Positions 36,455 to 50,189 of a stretch of DNA of 64,000 bases are shown here, in pieces. The translations under genes and the position numbers were made by a program. The notes beneath the pieces are model-generated. The model was not told the DNA's origin. It did not search any database and worked only from the letters and a program-made list of their open reading frames with translations. The stretch covers positions 496,001 through 560,000 of the forward strand of contig JAKIMF020000004.1 of NCBI GenBank assembly GCA_022605425.2, given 5' to 3'. Each line of letters begins with the position of its first letter. The stretch's first letter is position 1. The stretch comes from Hamiltosporidium tvaerminnensis FI-OER-3-3. Taxonomy: Eukaryota > Fungi > Microsporidia.

Positions 36455-39400
36455 TTATTTAATAAAATTCAAGGGTAAAAATATTTTTACCATTTTTATA
36501 TGTTTTCTTCTACCTCTTTAACCACTTTTGTCTCTTCTTCCAAATCCGACTCTTTATTTATGTTATTGGTCGGTTCCTCTAAAGTGGTTCCTCCTTGTGA
36601 AATAAAGGGTGCTTTATTTTTTGGTTTAAAATTTTTTGCACCATCTTCCTCTCTTTCCTCTTCTTTTAAAGGGGATGTTGGTTCCTCATGCATCTCTGCT
36701 CTCATAATAACACCCATTGACGCTCTCTCCCAGCTCTCTTCGGCATTTAGTCCTGACTCAAGTCCTCTTCGTCGATCAAAGGAAATTGTTTCGACTGTCT
36801 TCTTAAGTACTATAGACTGAATGTTTGCCTCTACATTCATGGGTATTTCTAGTCTTTTAAGATGAGATTTATGGTATTTTGTCTCACACCGTCCCAGGTC
36901 ATCACATAAGGGATTATCTCAACACTACACTTATAAATAAGACCCAACTCATTGGCTAGCAGGTCATACTTCCTAAGTTTTTCAGTTTCAACTATTTTAA
37001 GTGAATCTTGGGAAGTGATTCCTACTTCAATGAGTGTTATATTATTCTTCTTCTTATCTAAAATAAATATGTCGGGTCTGTTATTCCAAATTTTAACATC
37101 AGTTTTTATTCTGGTGTCCACTCTTATCTCTGCATACTCATTATCAAGAATTTCTTGAACTGAGTGACTCCTTATTCGTTTTGAAGACTTAAACTTATAT
37201 CTATTTAGAAGAAGATGGTGTAGGCATATAACCACTTCATTATGCCGTCTGGTGTAGTCATGGCCTAGCATTTTTTCACATCGAGTTGCTAGATGATCTA
37301 CAGTCTTACCAGACTTCCCGCAATGTTGACACATACCATCTGCTCCCCAGAATACATTTCTATCCTGGATATAGCAGAACACAGCTTCATTGCGTGGCCT
37401 AATATTCCTTCTCTTTAACCATCTTGAAGAGTCACTAACACTCACAAGCTCATTTTTTCTTGCATTATATAACTTTGAATGAAGTTTTCGTTTTTCTATT
37501 TCGTTATATAGTTTTGCAAGTTGAGCTTCATCTAAACTTTTCTTTGTGACTTCTTCTACCAACCTGTACTTTACTTTTAAGAAGCCTTTTATTAGTGCAA
37601 GATGGGTTTTATTGTTATTCTCCCTTGAGGATTGCTGCTCGTCTAGTTGATATTTCTTTACTTTTTTCCAGACAATCCAAGAGTTGCAGAAGCATATGTT
37701 CGCTTCGCAACTCAACACTATGTAGGCCTCTTCCAAGTTCTGTTCTAAGAAGGTATAAACGCTCTTTACATCCTGGGCGGAGATGTACCTTATTCTTAAC
37801 CAACACCGCACGCACTGCATCATCTAACTTAGAGAAGTCATCCGGTTCAAGTCGAAGTACTCCTATGTGATAGTTGATCAACGATATCGCATGTTGATTG
37901 ATTGATTGCAGAAAATAATTTTTTTGCGTTTAATCTAGTGTGACAAAGTTTTTCAACTCTTGATATAAGTTTGCTCTGTACTTCTTCAAATGAGCTACGT
38001 GTTGGAATTCCTCTGCTATCTTCTATTATTCCTAAATATTTGTAAACACTAACACCTTCTAGAAGAGTAGCAGTATCTTCACAACACTTATCATTTGTGG
38101 CTGACTTCTCTTTGTTAATCTCTAACCCATTCACCTCTAAAAAATCTTTTGCCTCGTCTGTTATAGCACTCAATGTCGAACTGTCTTTAGCAAGGAGCTT
38201 TAATCATCAATAAACAAAAGATGATTAGTAGAATAGGATTCTGCATCTGTTTGTACTGTCACTTTTGTGTATTTTTCATTAAGCTTTCGGCTTAGTGGAT
38301 CCATACACAACACGAACAACAATGGTGACAAACTATCTCCTTGTAGAATCCCTCTCTCAATCTTCTTGCTCATGATTTTTTCAGGCCCTAATGATATATC
38401 AATTTTCCATTTTGATATAATTACCTTAATAAATTTCAGGATCCAATCAGGTAAATTAAGGTTTTCAATGTATTGAGTTAAATAAGCATGGTCTATTGAA
38501 TCATAAGCTTTTTTAACATCAATCTATGTTGCCTTAAGATTATTTCCATACTCTTTATTTAAGGCAATATTCAGTAGAGCCTGCTCTTTCGCTCCCTGCA
38601 CACCTCTTACCGCCCCTAGTTGGTTCTCTGCAAGCAACCCTCGCCTTTCCACTTCAATTTGAACGACTTTCGTTACACACTTTGTCGTTAACTTATAGAG
38701 GTTGGACATACAAGTGATTGGCCTGTAGTCAGAGCCTCTTCGTGGAATTCCTTTCGGTATCAAATACGTAAGCCCACAGTAAAACCAATCAGCCTGAGGT
38801 GTTCCTTCTAAACATATAACTTTCACAATATCATAAATATATTTGTGAAGAGTTGTAAGTTTCTGAATGAAAAAATTGTAAATATCATCAATTCCAGCAG
38901 CTTTCCAATTGGGAAGCCAATTAATGATATTTACAAATTCATCAAGTGAAGGAAACGTGGTCGGATGATTATCTGATACAGATGGAATCGAATAATCATC
39001 ATATGTGACTGTGTCATCATTTTTGTTCCACATCGTAGACCAAAAACTCACAATTTCATCACGGCTAACCACATGCTCGGATTCTACACGCTCAGATAAC
39101 CCACGATAAAATCGACCTCGGAAAATCTCAAACATACGATTCTCTTTCCGGAATTGCTTCCTACGTTCATACATCGTAATTTTTTCCTCGTAAACATTCA
39201 AAGACTCATTCTTCTTAACTAAAGCCTCAGAAAGATCAGTTACGCTGCTCAAGTTTAAATTAAACTCTCGCATGATTTTCTTAAGGCTCTTCGTTTCCGA
39301 AGTGGAGAGCTTTTCCTGCTTACGAGCCTTCTCGAGAAGATCTTTGGAAAGTACTAACTTAGAAATTTTACTTTCTATGTTTATCTTCCAAGCGGATCTA

Positions 39401-40241
39401 GGCTTTTCTTTGCGTTTTGCCTCGTCATAGCATACCTGGGCTGCCTGGATTATCCGTGCGATTGCAGTTATCGTCATCGCCACACAAGAATCGGCATACT
39501 CACCGATAATTCGATTAATAAGATCCAAAACTTTACTGTCAACCAATTCAGTTGGAAGCTTTCGAGTTCGGACCACCACTTTTCCAATGTCCTTCTCCGA
39601 GATTTCTTTGAGTTTACTCAAAAAGTTATCTCTCAGGTTTACGTACTCCGTGGTGTCAGGCAGGGTGCATGGCTAAGTGAGACAAGTGGCGATTCTACGT
39701 CGCTCTCCATTCTCTTCTTGCCTTATTTCCCTTTCTGCCTCATTTTGTGCGAGTTTTTTAAACGCATCGATATCTAGTGTGCAGCTAAATTTCTCATTAT
39801 AGTACCTCAGAGTAGCGGGCCAGCCATTTCTGGGCATTCTCTCAAACCTCTTTTGCACTGCTAGAATAGCAGATCTAGGCCATTCCTGCTCTACGACTGT
39901 GACAGAGTCAAGTATTGAGTGCAATACCATCAGTCGATTCCCTTCTAGAAGGGCATCTGTATTGAGGTTTGTCATGCCGTTGGCTGGTCCAAACACAGTG
40001 CATCGGTACCAGAGGACGAGGGTATGGTGTCAACCAAGCAGACTGGACTAGTCTTGCAACTACTGCTTGGTGGTTGGTGGGTGGTGTTATGGAAGGTCGG
40101 TGGAGGTAGAAGTCTCTCGGATAACATTGCTACATCTACATCACGCATCAAAATCTCTCCTGCGCTGTTCTCCAAGTTGTTTACAGCCTTTATTTTTTCA
40201 CTTTTTATATTTTCGCTGTCTACTTTTTTCCTTCTACCCAT
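36455..40241 (-). mobile_element. Non-LTR retrotransposon, R4/Dong-like, at the cassette 2/3 junction
   Basis: Same 5' and 3' breakpoints as the first element, with a few percent divergence. Confidence 0.92.
36496..40241 (-). pseudogene. RT-CCHC-RLE polyprotein with multiple frameshifts and stops
   Basis: Track fragments 39972-40241, 39673-39996, 38524-39621, 37847-38173, 37615-37881, 36849-37823 and 36496-36840 are collinear with the copy-1 ORF. Confidence 0.9.
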
Positions 40242-41999
40242 TTTGATAAATTAAAAAATAAATAGTAAATTATAATATTAGGAAATTAAAAAATTATGGA
40301 AATTAAGAAATGAAATTAGAAATGTTTGGTGATAAAATCACTTTAATAAATTAAATAATAAATTAGGAAATGAAATTACAAACGGTTTGGTGGTAAAATC
40401 ACTTTGATAAATTATATAATAAATTAGGAAATTATTGGAAAAAAGTAAATTTAGATAGGAACTACCCAATAAATTTATATATTTAATATTCAAGGATATA
40501 AATTTTAAAATACAATGTAAATTAGAAAGTAAATGTCTGAAAATCAGTATTTTTGATAAATTAAAATGAATAATAAAAGATTTAATTAAAAAGGAACATT
40601 TTTTCAAATTTTAAATTAAAAACAAATATGTTTGTTTTTATACAATGATGCTATCGTGAAGTACTTAATATTTTAAAACTGCAGAAAAAAATTGAAGAAA
40701 AATTAAATGAAATAATGTCTTCAGTTAGTTTTTAAAAAAAGAAGATAATAATTTGAAAGAATTATTTAAAAGTTACTCTATATGTACATATATCACAAAT
40801 TTAGGAATATATTTAGAAGAAATATCAGTAAACATATTCTTTGAAATTTTTGACATTGATATGGTTATATGACATTTAAATTATACCCATCATTTTTATT
40901 TTCAAAATAAATTAAAACTGAATATCAAATCCTTAGAACAAATTGAATACAAAAAGTGAAACAAATGGCTTTTTGTTATATATTTGTTGAGGAATACACT
41001 AATCTTGATTGTCTGGATTGATTTAAAATTGTGCTTATACTATCCAAGTCTCACCATATTTTTCATAAACCGGCAACTGGTAAAGAGATACTTAGGTTTA
41101 TGATGAGAGAAAAACATAGAAAATAAATTTTTTTTTATACTTTCCTAAAATTTCTATAACTAGCTCGTAGACAAAAATAATATGGAATATTCGAAAAAAA
41201 AAGATGTTTAAGAATATTATACAGATGAATATTTAAAATCCAAAAAAAAATGATTTTTCAGATGCTTTAGTTAAGAAAATAAGTCGATGGATGTTTTGGT
41301 TACAGAAAATCGGATGTTATGGAAATATAAAGTTGTTACTTTGAAGTAATTGTATGTTTGTGTTATTTAAGCTCGAAATTATTATAAAATTTTAGGATAT
41401 TTTATTTCAAAATATAGCAAATTTTGATGAAAGTTGGTTCTTTTCTGCGATTCGAAACAAAAAAAATGAATCGCCCAAATTAAAATAACATCTACTTTTC
41501 TTTGTTAAAAATACATTTCACTTCATGTTCTTATAATTGATGAGTTTTGAAATTATATTATTTGGCTTCAATTTTGAAAAGCTGCTGGAATTGATGGTAT
41601 CTAATTTTTCTATCGCGAAAATTGCTAATATGAGTAATAGGCTATGAAAGAATAAATCTATTGTTTGGATCTTCATCGTGTCATGGATCAGATTCTCAAA
41701 AGACGACTCACAACAAAGTTTTGCGTGGATATCAATTACTTTTATAAGTTGATGCTCATTAAAACAGAAGTCAGCTTAAGTAAATGTAAAAAGATCTCTG
41801 TTTGGAAAAATCAGCCCAAAGTAAAAGGTATTTAAAAGTTCAAAGAGAATGCAACATTGGATTTTTCTCCTATTAAAAAATATAGAAACAACCAGGAATT
41901 GAGATCAGTTATAAAAAATCTAGGATTCTAAAAATACTAAAAAAACTCTCTGTTCAAATTCTAATTTAAATCGATTAAACATATCGAAATATTAATCTA

Positions 42000-42688
42000 T
42001 TGTGGAAAGAAAATACATCTGAAATTTTTTACTTTGAAATGATTTAATGACATTTGTGGGAAAATTATTGTTTAAATTTTTGTTGGAATGAGATCCACAT
42101 CTAATTTTTAGTGTTACCTGGTAATTTGTGTAAAGCACATATCTCAAAATGGCGAAATATTTATAAAGCTTAGATTATAGTTTTTAATATAACTAGATCG
42201 GAACTTATGGAAAATACATTGTAAAGTATGTAAAATTTACCTGGTATACTCGATTAGAAGACTTGGCGCTCGTGAATCCAAAATATCTACTTTTAAAAAT
42301 TCAAGAATTTAAAGTAACAGGCTATGCTTGTTGATTTTAAATTACAATATACGATTGACTATGTATGGCCCTATGAGAAATGTTTTAACGGAAGTCTTTC
42401 GGCCCGAAAGCTTAGGGTAAGCCGAAATGCTGCTGACATTGTTATCCCAAACTTGGATTCTACCCGAAATCACTCACTAAGCAAGGATCATTTAAGAACC
42501 TAAAGCAACTTCTTCACTTATTAAAAAAGTTTTATAATCTTTCGATGAAATACATTGCGATGTATGTATCGAAAAATCACTGACAGTGTGTTGAGATTCA
42601 TTTATCTATTTTAAACCTTGAACTTCGTTAATGTCATGAAGAATATAACATTTGCAACTGTTTTAAAAAGATGTGATGTTTTTTAAAA
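42000..42688 (+). mobile_element. Old SINE-like element (cassette 3 copy)
   Basis: Duplicate of 5492-6180. Confidence 0.7.
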
Positions 42689-43528
42689 GAGTTTATAATT
42701 AAAATATAGGTAGGCAGTGGTTTTAACATATCTCTTTTTGTGCTATATTTATCCTTATTAAATTTTCTTCTGTCATGATTTGTTTTTGACAATTAAATAA
42801 TCGAATTTGTTTGCTTAAAAGATTAAATAATGTGTTTTAAGGATTGATACAAATAATTTCCACATATTTTTTTCGTATTATCAATTAAATTTAACTACTT
42901 ATAAAGTAAATTTTTATTTCTACATATTTCTTTCTTATATAGACATGTAATTTTTCGTTATTGTACATAACAAAATATGCTTATTCAATCAAATTTGAAA
43001 GCTGCTTATCATGAATTAATTGTAAAAAATAGATTTCAAGATTAGATAAACTGCCTTGATTTTTTTAACTAAAACTTTGTATTATTTATTCTGAATTTGA
43101 AAGATTTTCTAATGACCTATATTAAACATTAGTTGAGTCGAGAAGCTCAACGACTATAAAAATGCCATGAAAATCAAGATTTTTTGTCGAAATATATTGA
43201 TAAAAACACAGACGTACAAAAATGTTTTAATATACGCGTAAATACCAGGATCTACGTGTTTCAGGGTAACGTATTCAAAAATACTATTTAATCAGTAATT
43301 TCTAAAAATTCAAATTTTTTAGGCCGAATTATGTTTTGAATTCTTTGAAAAAAATGTAATCTATTCCATTTGTGTGCAGCGTAAACCCTATGTTATATAT
43401 GCCACAGGAAAAAGTATATGATTTATAAAAATATTTGATATATTAAATTAAAGTTTTTTAGGTCTTTAAAATTATAATTAAAATTAAATTGGAAATGATA
43501 TATTTTATGAATTTATTTGTAAATTTTT

Positions 43529-44401
43529 CTAATCTAAAAATGAAATGCCATCATAAATTCCATCAGCAATATGAAATCCAAGTATCTCCGAAGTAGATAA
43601 TGATGTGATATCACCTTGATCATGCGATTGCTGCACCTTTTTAAGTATAGTTTCATCCAAAGTTTCTACTACGATGGTATCATAAGGGTCAATTTTTGGA
43701 TTTTTTCTTTTTAAGCCTTTACATGATATTTCATTGTCTGTTGGAATATTGTGATTTATTACACATGGCTTGTTAATTTTAACAGTTTTTTTACTTTGGA
43801 CCTTGTTTTTTGTGGCTGAAGTATTATTTTTAGCAGATGTCTTATCTGTTTTGTTTGGACGAATAATTTCCGGTTGATTGTTGGTATCTTGTGCCTCCAG
43901 TTCATTTATTCCAGCTTCCATATTATCGTGACTAATCTCCGTAAATCCAAAAAAGGCTCCAATATCTTTAAAACATATATTTTTTCTTAATGTAGTAATA
44001 GTCTTTTCAGAAAATATATGTATACCATACAATGATATAGCAAATAATCTATAACTCTTTTGCCATTTTGAATAGCCGGTGGGTATTCTTTTGTATTCTA
44101 TGCCGCCATATACACATATAGGAAGCAAACACGAATTATATATCATCACAATGATTTTTTTTAAAAATTGTGCAAGTTTACATGTAATTTTATAATACAA
44201 GTGAATAAGATAAAATATAGACTTAATAGTTCTCGTCCATGATTTTTCTAAAATGAATTTGACTATCTTTATCACCTTTGATACGACACCATACACAATA
44301 GCCTTTTTTAAAACATAGACAATCATTTTAAATGCTACAAGAATAATTGTGCTAATGAGCAAAATCAGGTTTTTCATCAACCATGTGCTAGAAATATTCA
44401 T
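43529..44401 (-). CDS. Hypothetical protein family A (copy 3)
   Basis: 290-aa intact ORF. Confidence 0.85.
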   Translation of the reverse strand: MNISSTWLMKNLILLISTIILVAFKMIVYVLKKAIVYGVVSKVIKIVKFILEKSWTRTIKSIFYLIHLYYKITCKLAQFLKKIIVMIYNSCLLPICVYGGIEYKRIPTGYSKWQKSYRLFAISLYGIHIFSEKTITTLRKNICFKDIGAFFGFTEISHDNMEAGINELEAQDTNNQPEIIRPNKTDKTSAKNNTSATKNKVQSKKTVKINKPCVINHNIPTDNEISCKGLKRKNPKIDPYDTIVVETLDETILKKVQQSHDQGDITSLSTSEILGFHIADGIYDGISFLD

Positions 44402-46507
44402 TGTTTTGTTATTGTGTTTTTTTATTTATAGACAAAAATATAAACAAATTTCAATGAAACAATTATGTCTTATCTCTAAATATGTATCAAATAGATAAAC
44501 TTAAACAAAAAAAATCAAGGATTATTTATACTTTACTGATAAATCAATCAAAAATTATGAAATTTCAATCAAAAACATACAAAATTTGTCATAAAAAATG
44601 AAATTTATTAAAATTGGTGTATACTAGATTTTACGTCATTAATTTAGATTATTTATAAAAAATTTATAGTTTAAATTCACGTGACAACATATTGCATCAT
44701 CTAATATTATGTTTTTTTATTAATTCTATTTATGTATTACCAAAATGTATCATATAACATTTTTGTCTCTGAAAGATCAAATCATTTTTTTCATAGAATT
44801 TAAATCTCAAAAAGGACCATTTAATCTGTTTACATGTTCTCATAGAGCTAAAAAATAGTAATTTAAATTTAAATACTTTATTTTGCAAATATATAAGAAG
44901 GAATATAAATTTTAAACATATATTTACTCAAGCAAAGCTTTTGATTTTTTTGCGGTTTAAGGCTGCATTCGGATATGATATTAAGGAATGGGTTTTGCTT
45001 ATTATGCTTTTATCTAGGAATATTTATTTATTTAAATCTACAGAACATTTTGCTTGGAACAATATTCTAGAACAATACAAATCACGATCACATTATCAAT
45101 TGATGGGGGAAAATAAAAAACTTTATCATTGAAATTTCCTAAAAAATACCTTTTAGATTTTTCACATATAAAATTTGAAACCAAAATTTATTTCAAATTA
45201 TTTAGAATAATAGCATTTCCTTGAATTTTGAATTTTAATACACATTTTTTGTTCGAAAATACAAATCTTACTATAAATGTATGACTATGTATTCCTAAAA
45301 GAGATATATTTTTATAATGCGATGATCTAAACTGTGATTTCTTTCATTTTGCTTGAATTATGGAAATTGTTTAATAGAAAAAAATTAGACGTCCTTTCAA
45401 TATTAGATATGACGAGCTAACGATTGTTAAACACAATTATTCATAACTTAAAACAAGGAATATTATTTAATTTTCCCGATGCATATAAATTTGTCTGGTC
45501 GATTCCAGAATAATTAAAACAAAAAAAAATGTTCGTTCTAAATTTATAAGATATCTAAATTTATATTTAGATAATCTATTCAGACAGTATATTTATAACC
45601 CGAAAGACTAAATTCATAATTTTGGATGTAAGATTGATAATATTTACGAATTTAAAAGTTCTAATAATTTGTTCTGATTCGAACCTTATTTACTAATTTA
45701 AATTTTTTGTTAAATAATATATATACATTCAGTATAGTACGATCTAGATTTGGATTCGGCATTACAAAACTATAGACCGTGAGCCAAATCGAACCGTCAT
45801 GAATTTTTTTGTACAGTAGATGTTTTAAAATGGAAAATAAAATAAAAAAATATAAATACATATACAAAAAAGTTCACAGCGTGAATAATTTTTATTATGA
45901 ATTTGTAATACAATAAAGATATTTGGTTTTCCAGATTTTTTCAAACCTCTATCATATTTCTTATTAATTATTGATTTAATCAAAGAATATTATCAATAAT
46001 TCCTTAAAAACGTAAGTCTAATTGACGTTTAAAATTTTTCATAAACTTCTTCGGTGGCTTATCTGTAAAATTTGGATCTGTTTTTTTTGTGCATTCCATT
46101 TTGGAAGTTGTTTTTTCATGCAGTAGGCAAAGCCAAAAGCGGAAACAAACCTTTGAGCAAATTATGAACGTGATGGCGTTGCGTGGCTGAAAAACTCTTA
46201 TAAAAATTTGGTATTTGATTTTAATATTTATATTTGAAAATGTTGTAAAGAATACATTATAATTTAATTGAACATATGTATGAACGTTTTAGATTTCAGT
46301 CAAAATATTAATAATAAATATCGAGGTTATTCCAAAATCATTATCTATACTAAAATCAAATTTCAAGTAAAAAAAATAAATTTAATTGAATTAATTTTTT
46401 CCTGCAAACTTTCTACTTATTAGAGTTACATTTTTTCGTTCATATTCATGTTTTGGATTTAAAAAATAAATTATATTTTTAGCCGATAAAAATTTTTTAA
46501 AAATAAA

Positions 46508-47830
46508 ATAAATTGCGACAAATATGAAATTAGAAGGCTTTAAAAATTTATATTTTCAAGAAATTTACCGTACAATATGAATTGAAATCAGAAAAGATGC
46601 TTTATAAAACGAGAAGACGATATATAGATTGATAATGGTAAGATAATTAAAACGGATAGCAACTTTCATTAAAGAAGTTATAGCAGATTTGATAAATAAG
46701 CATAAACCAATTTTTTGCTTCTATAAATTTTCTTGGCTACATTAATATTAAACGAATGCATCAAGAAATCATAAGAAAATACTGCTGGTTTAAGTGAGAG
46801 AAAATAGAACTATTCGTTAAAACATGCCAAGATTGCCAGTATTATCAGACTTTAAGCGAAATGATGCAATTTGAACGATACCTCTAAATTATCTATGAGA
46901 AAGAATTCAGATGTATCTTGTTGATATGCGGAAATATTCAATGGATAATGATGGGGTTGGATAGATCTTACACTCTTTAGATGCACACTCTAAATTTTTA
47001 TTTGGGGCACCATTGCAAAAAAAATCAGGAGTGGTGTTGCAAATACACTTAGAAATCTTTTTATTTCGAAAGTGGCCTAATATTCTACAAACAGATAACG
47101 AATAGAAGTTTGTGTGTAACGAAATACAAATATATGTTGATCACAACATTTCTTTTATAACTGGAAGTGCAAGGTACATACGAAATCAAGGGAAAAGGAG
47201 AAATACAACTAGACAATTATATGCAAACCTGATATAAATTTAAGAACATCTAGCCGAAAAAGATGGATCGATTTAAGTAAGAAATTTGTACATAGCTACA
47301 ATCAGATTAGAGCAGGGCAATAAACATGACCCCAATGGCAGCAAGTATAGGTCTTATAGGCAAAAAATCTTATTACGAGGAAGATGCCATTCATAAAAAA
47401 TATTTTTCAAGATATGAATTGAAGAAATATCTTGAAAATACAGATCTAGACATAAAAAGTGTCGTTATGAAGATAAAGTATATATCGAGGATAAAATATC
47501 TAATAAAATCGATATTATTCGACTGATCTCGCTAAAATATTGAGACTTATATGTATCTCGATGAAAAATGATGCGGATGTACACTTCTCTTGCTTAAAAT
47601 TTACTTCTTGTGATGTGGCTCTACTAAAGAGAGATTTCGATAACAATCAAAAGACTAAAAAAAGCAAAATTATTAACTTATATGAAGAGAGGTTCTAAAA
47701 AGTTGTTCTCAGAAGTAGCGGCGATAAATTTCAAACAGTGTGACGACAAGCAGAAAATTATTTGCAAAAATCGAATTAAGAAGTATCATGAAAATGAATT
47801 ATCTCATCTTCACAAAAACACGAATGATTT
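46508..47830 (+). pseudogene. Decayed rve integrase (copy 3)
   Basis: Duplicate of 9952-11280. Confidence 0.8.
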
Positions 47831-48521
47831 AATTCCGCTTCTGAACGTCTACAGTTTGTTTCTTTTAAAGTAATTTTTTCCAGTATTTTTCATTTTAACT
47901 TCTTAATGATTGTTTTTTTGTTTTCTACTTCCTTGCATTTCTTAAAGTAAAAAAAATATAAGAATATAAGAGAACTATTAAATGTCGATAAAATGGCTTA
48001 AAAAGGAATTGGAGTGAGTAAATGAATTTTTTTATAAATTAAAATCATAAAATGTTTTTATAGCTTTCTGTGAAATTTCTTTTATGGATGTAGAATCGGT
48101 TTGAAATAAACATGAAAAAGTACTTTTCAATATGTTGGTTTAAAGGCTAATGGGTTCATGACCCTCTAGACTTTTTATAGAACTAAATAAAGCTTACTGA
48201 ATAAAAAGTTTTGTGGCTCTTAGTGTAAACGCTATTTTAAATTTTAGATCAAATATCATTATATCCTAGAGAACAATTTCGGCTGTTTCGAAATAATCTA
48301 GATACTAATTATGAATTTTTGGCATATTAAGTTTCATATTTTTCGAAACTAGATTAATACACAAAAAATTTTATTGGTTTGTTTTATAATAAATTATTTT
48401 CATAATTTTGATAAAATTTACTAATTTATTTGATATCAAAGATAAGGGGAATATGTTCAAATCTAATTTGTTCTCTATTTTCAGAAAAATATAATAGACG
48501 GAAATAATAGTAGTAACAAAA

Positions 48522-49421
48522 ATGCGCATCGACAATATAATAATCTTGATTTTTTTTACTATTCCATCTGAAGTTTTAAAATCAATTTTATACTTGACAA
48601 ATATCGGCATTGAATACAATTTGATTACGAAAATTATGAAATTTATAGACATTTTTCTCTGTTATATTTTAAATCCAGTTGTAAAAGTAATAATATTTGC
48701 CGTCAAAATACATTGTTTTTTTATATTACAAACCAAGGAAATAATTAAAGTTATCATCCTGTTTTTGTATAAAAAATATTTGCTGCCTATTTTTGTTCTG
48801 GGAGGTCTCGAATGTAGAAACAGATCCATTAGTCTTTCGCTTTGGCAAAGATATTATAAAATATTTGCTATGACAACATATAAAATACATATATTTATTG
48901 AAAATTTTGTATTCCAAATTCGAAGAAATATATGTTTTAAAGACATATGTACATATCTTGGATTTCCACTCAATTTAGAAGCTGTTGATATGGTTGCAGA
49001 ATTAGAAAGACCTAGCGTAATTCAGGATGTTGAGACTAAGGGCATTTTAAAGTCTACAACCAGTGTCGAAAAGGAAAACTCTAATATTTATAATGAAGAA
49101 AATGATATTCCTAAAAAAAATTACAACTCGATATTGAAAAATCAAAAACAGATACAGAAAACTGTAAAAATCGAAGAAATTACAATAAATAATAATGAAA
49201 TCGCAGATAAAGAAAAAAAATTTAGTAGCAGGCCAAACGAAAAAATATCAACAGTGCCGCTTCTTACTGTACACGATTTGAACAGTTCGAATGTTAACAC
49301 ATTAAAAAAAATACAAGCTGCTCGAAATGGAGGGGATATAACATCCATGTCAACCACTGAAATACTTGCGTTCAACATCGTCGATGGTATTTATGACGGT
49401 GTTTCTTTTTTAGACGAATAA
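48522..49421 (+). CDS. Hypothetical protein family B (copy 3)
   Basis: 299-aa intact ORF. Confidence 0.85.
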   Translation: MRIDNIIILIFFTIPSEVLKSILYLTNIGIEYNLITKIMKFIDIFLCYILNPVVKVIIFAVKIHCFFILQTKEIIKVIILFLYKKYLLPIFVLGGLECRNRSISLSLWQRYYKIFAMTTYKIHIFIENFVFQIRRNICFKDICTYLGFPLNLEAVDMVAELERPSVIQDVETKGILKSTTSVEKENSNIYNEENDIPKKNYNSILKNQKQIQKTVKIEEITINNNEIADKEKKFSSRPNEKISTVPLLTVHDLNSSNVNTLKKIQAARNGGDITSMSTTEILAFNIVDGIYDGVSFLDE

Positions 49422-50189
49422 ATTATAAATTTTTTGTCATTTATTTTTAAATTAAATTACAAAAGAATCAAAAACAAAAAAAACATTTTATAATTAATCT
49501 TTTTTGTTTTTTGTCTAATAATTTATGTTTAAATATCAAAATTTAAATAGCAATTCGAAGTTTAATTTTAAACAATCTTTTAACAAGGGAATACTTATTT
49601 GAAGTTGTCAAAGAATTTATGAAAAGCAAAAAAATAGTACTAATAAAACATAGAATTTTAAATAATAGAGTAGTTTTGTAAACCAAATAAAACAATCCTT
49701 TTACATTGGTGTTTGTATACTAAATCAAATCTTTCTCTCCAATAAATCACTTTTAAACTCAAGAAATATAATTTATAAATGAGTATTATAACACTGGTTT
49801 TTTTATTTAATTACCGTTTCTGTAAAATAAGAAAAGAGTGTATTATGTTCTATTATGAATAAGCTTATTTTCCAGGGGAAAATTTATAAAGATATTATTA
49901 AAATGCTAAAAATACTTGTTAGTCTCTTTTCTATACGCTTTATAAATCACTATATCAATTTATTCTATATTTGGCACAAAACTGGACTTTTCATTAGTAA
50001 CTTCTGACTTTGAATATATCATTGGAATTTTTAGATTCTGTATTTATTTATTATTTGGAATCTTTTTTTTGGCCAAATATTTTATGAAAGAGAGAGCAAA
50101 ACTTAGTATGTTTTTCTATCTTTTGCCTGCTTCGAATCTACATTTAGTAATATCAAAGAAGTTAGTTAGATGTTTATAGTTGCTGTTCT

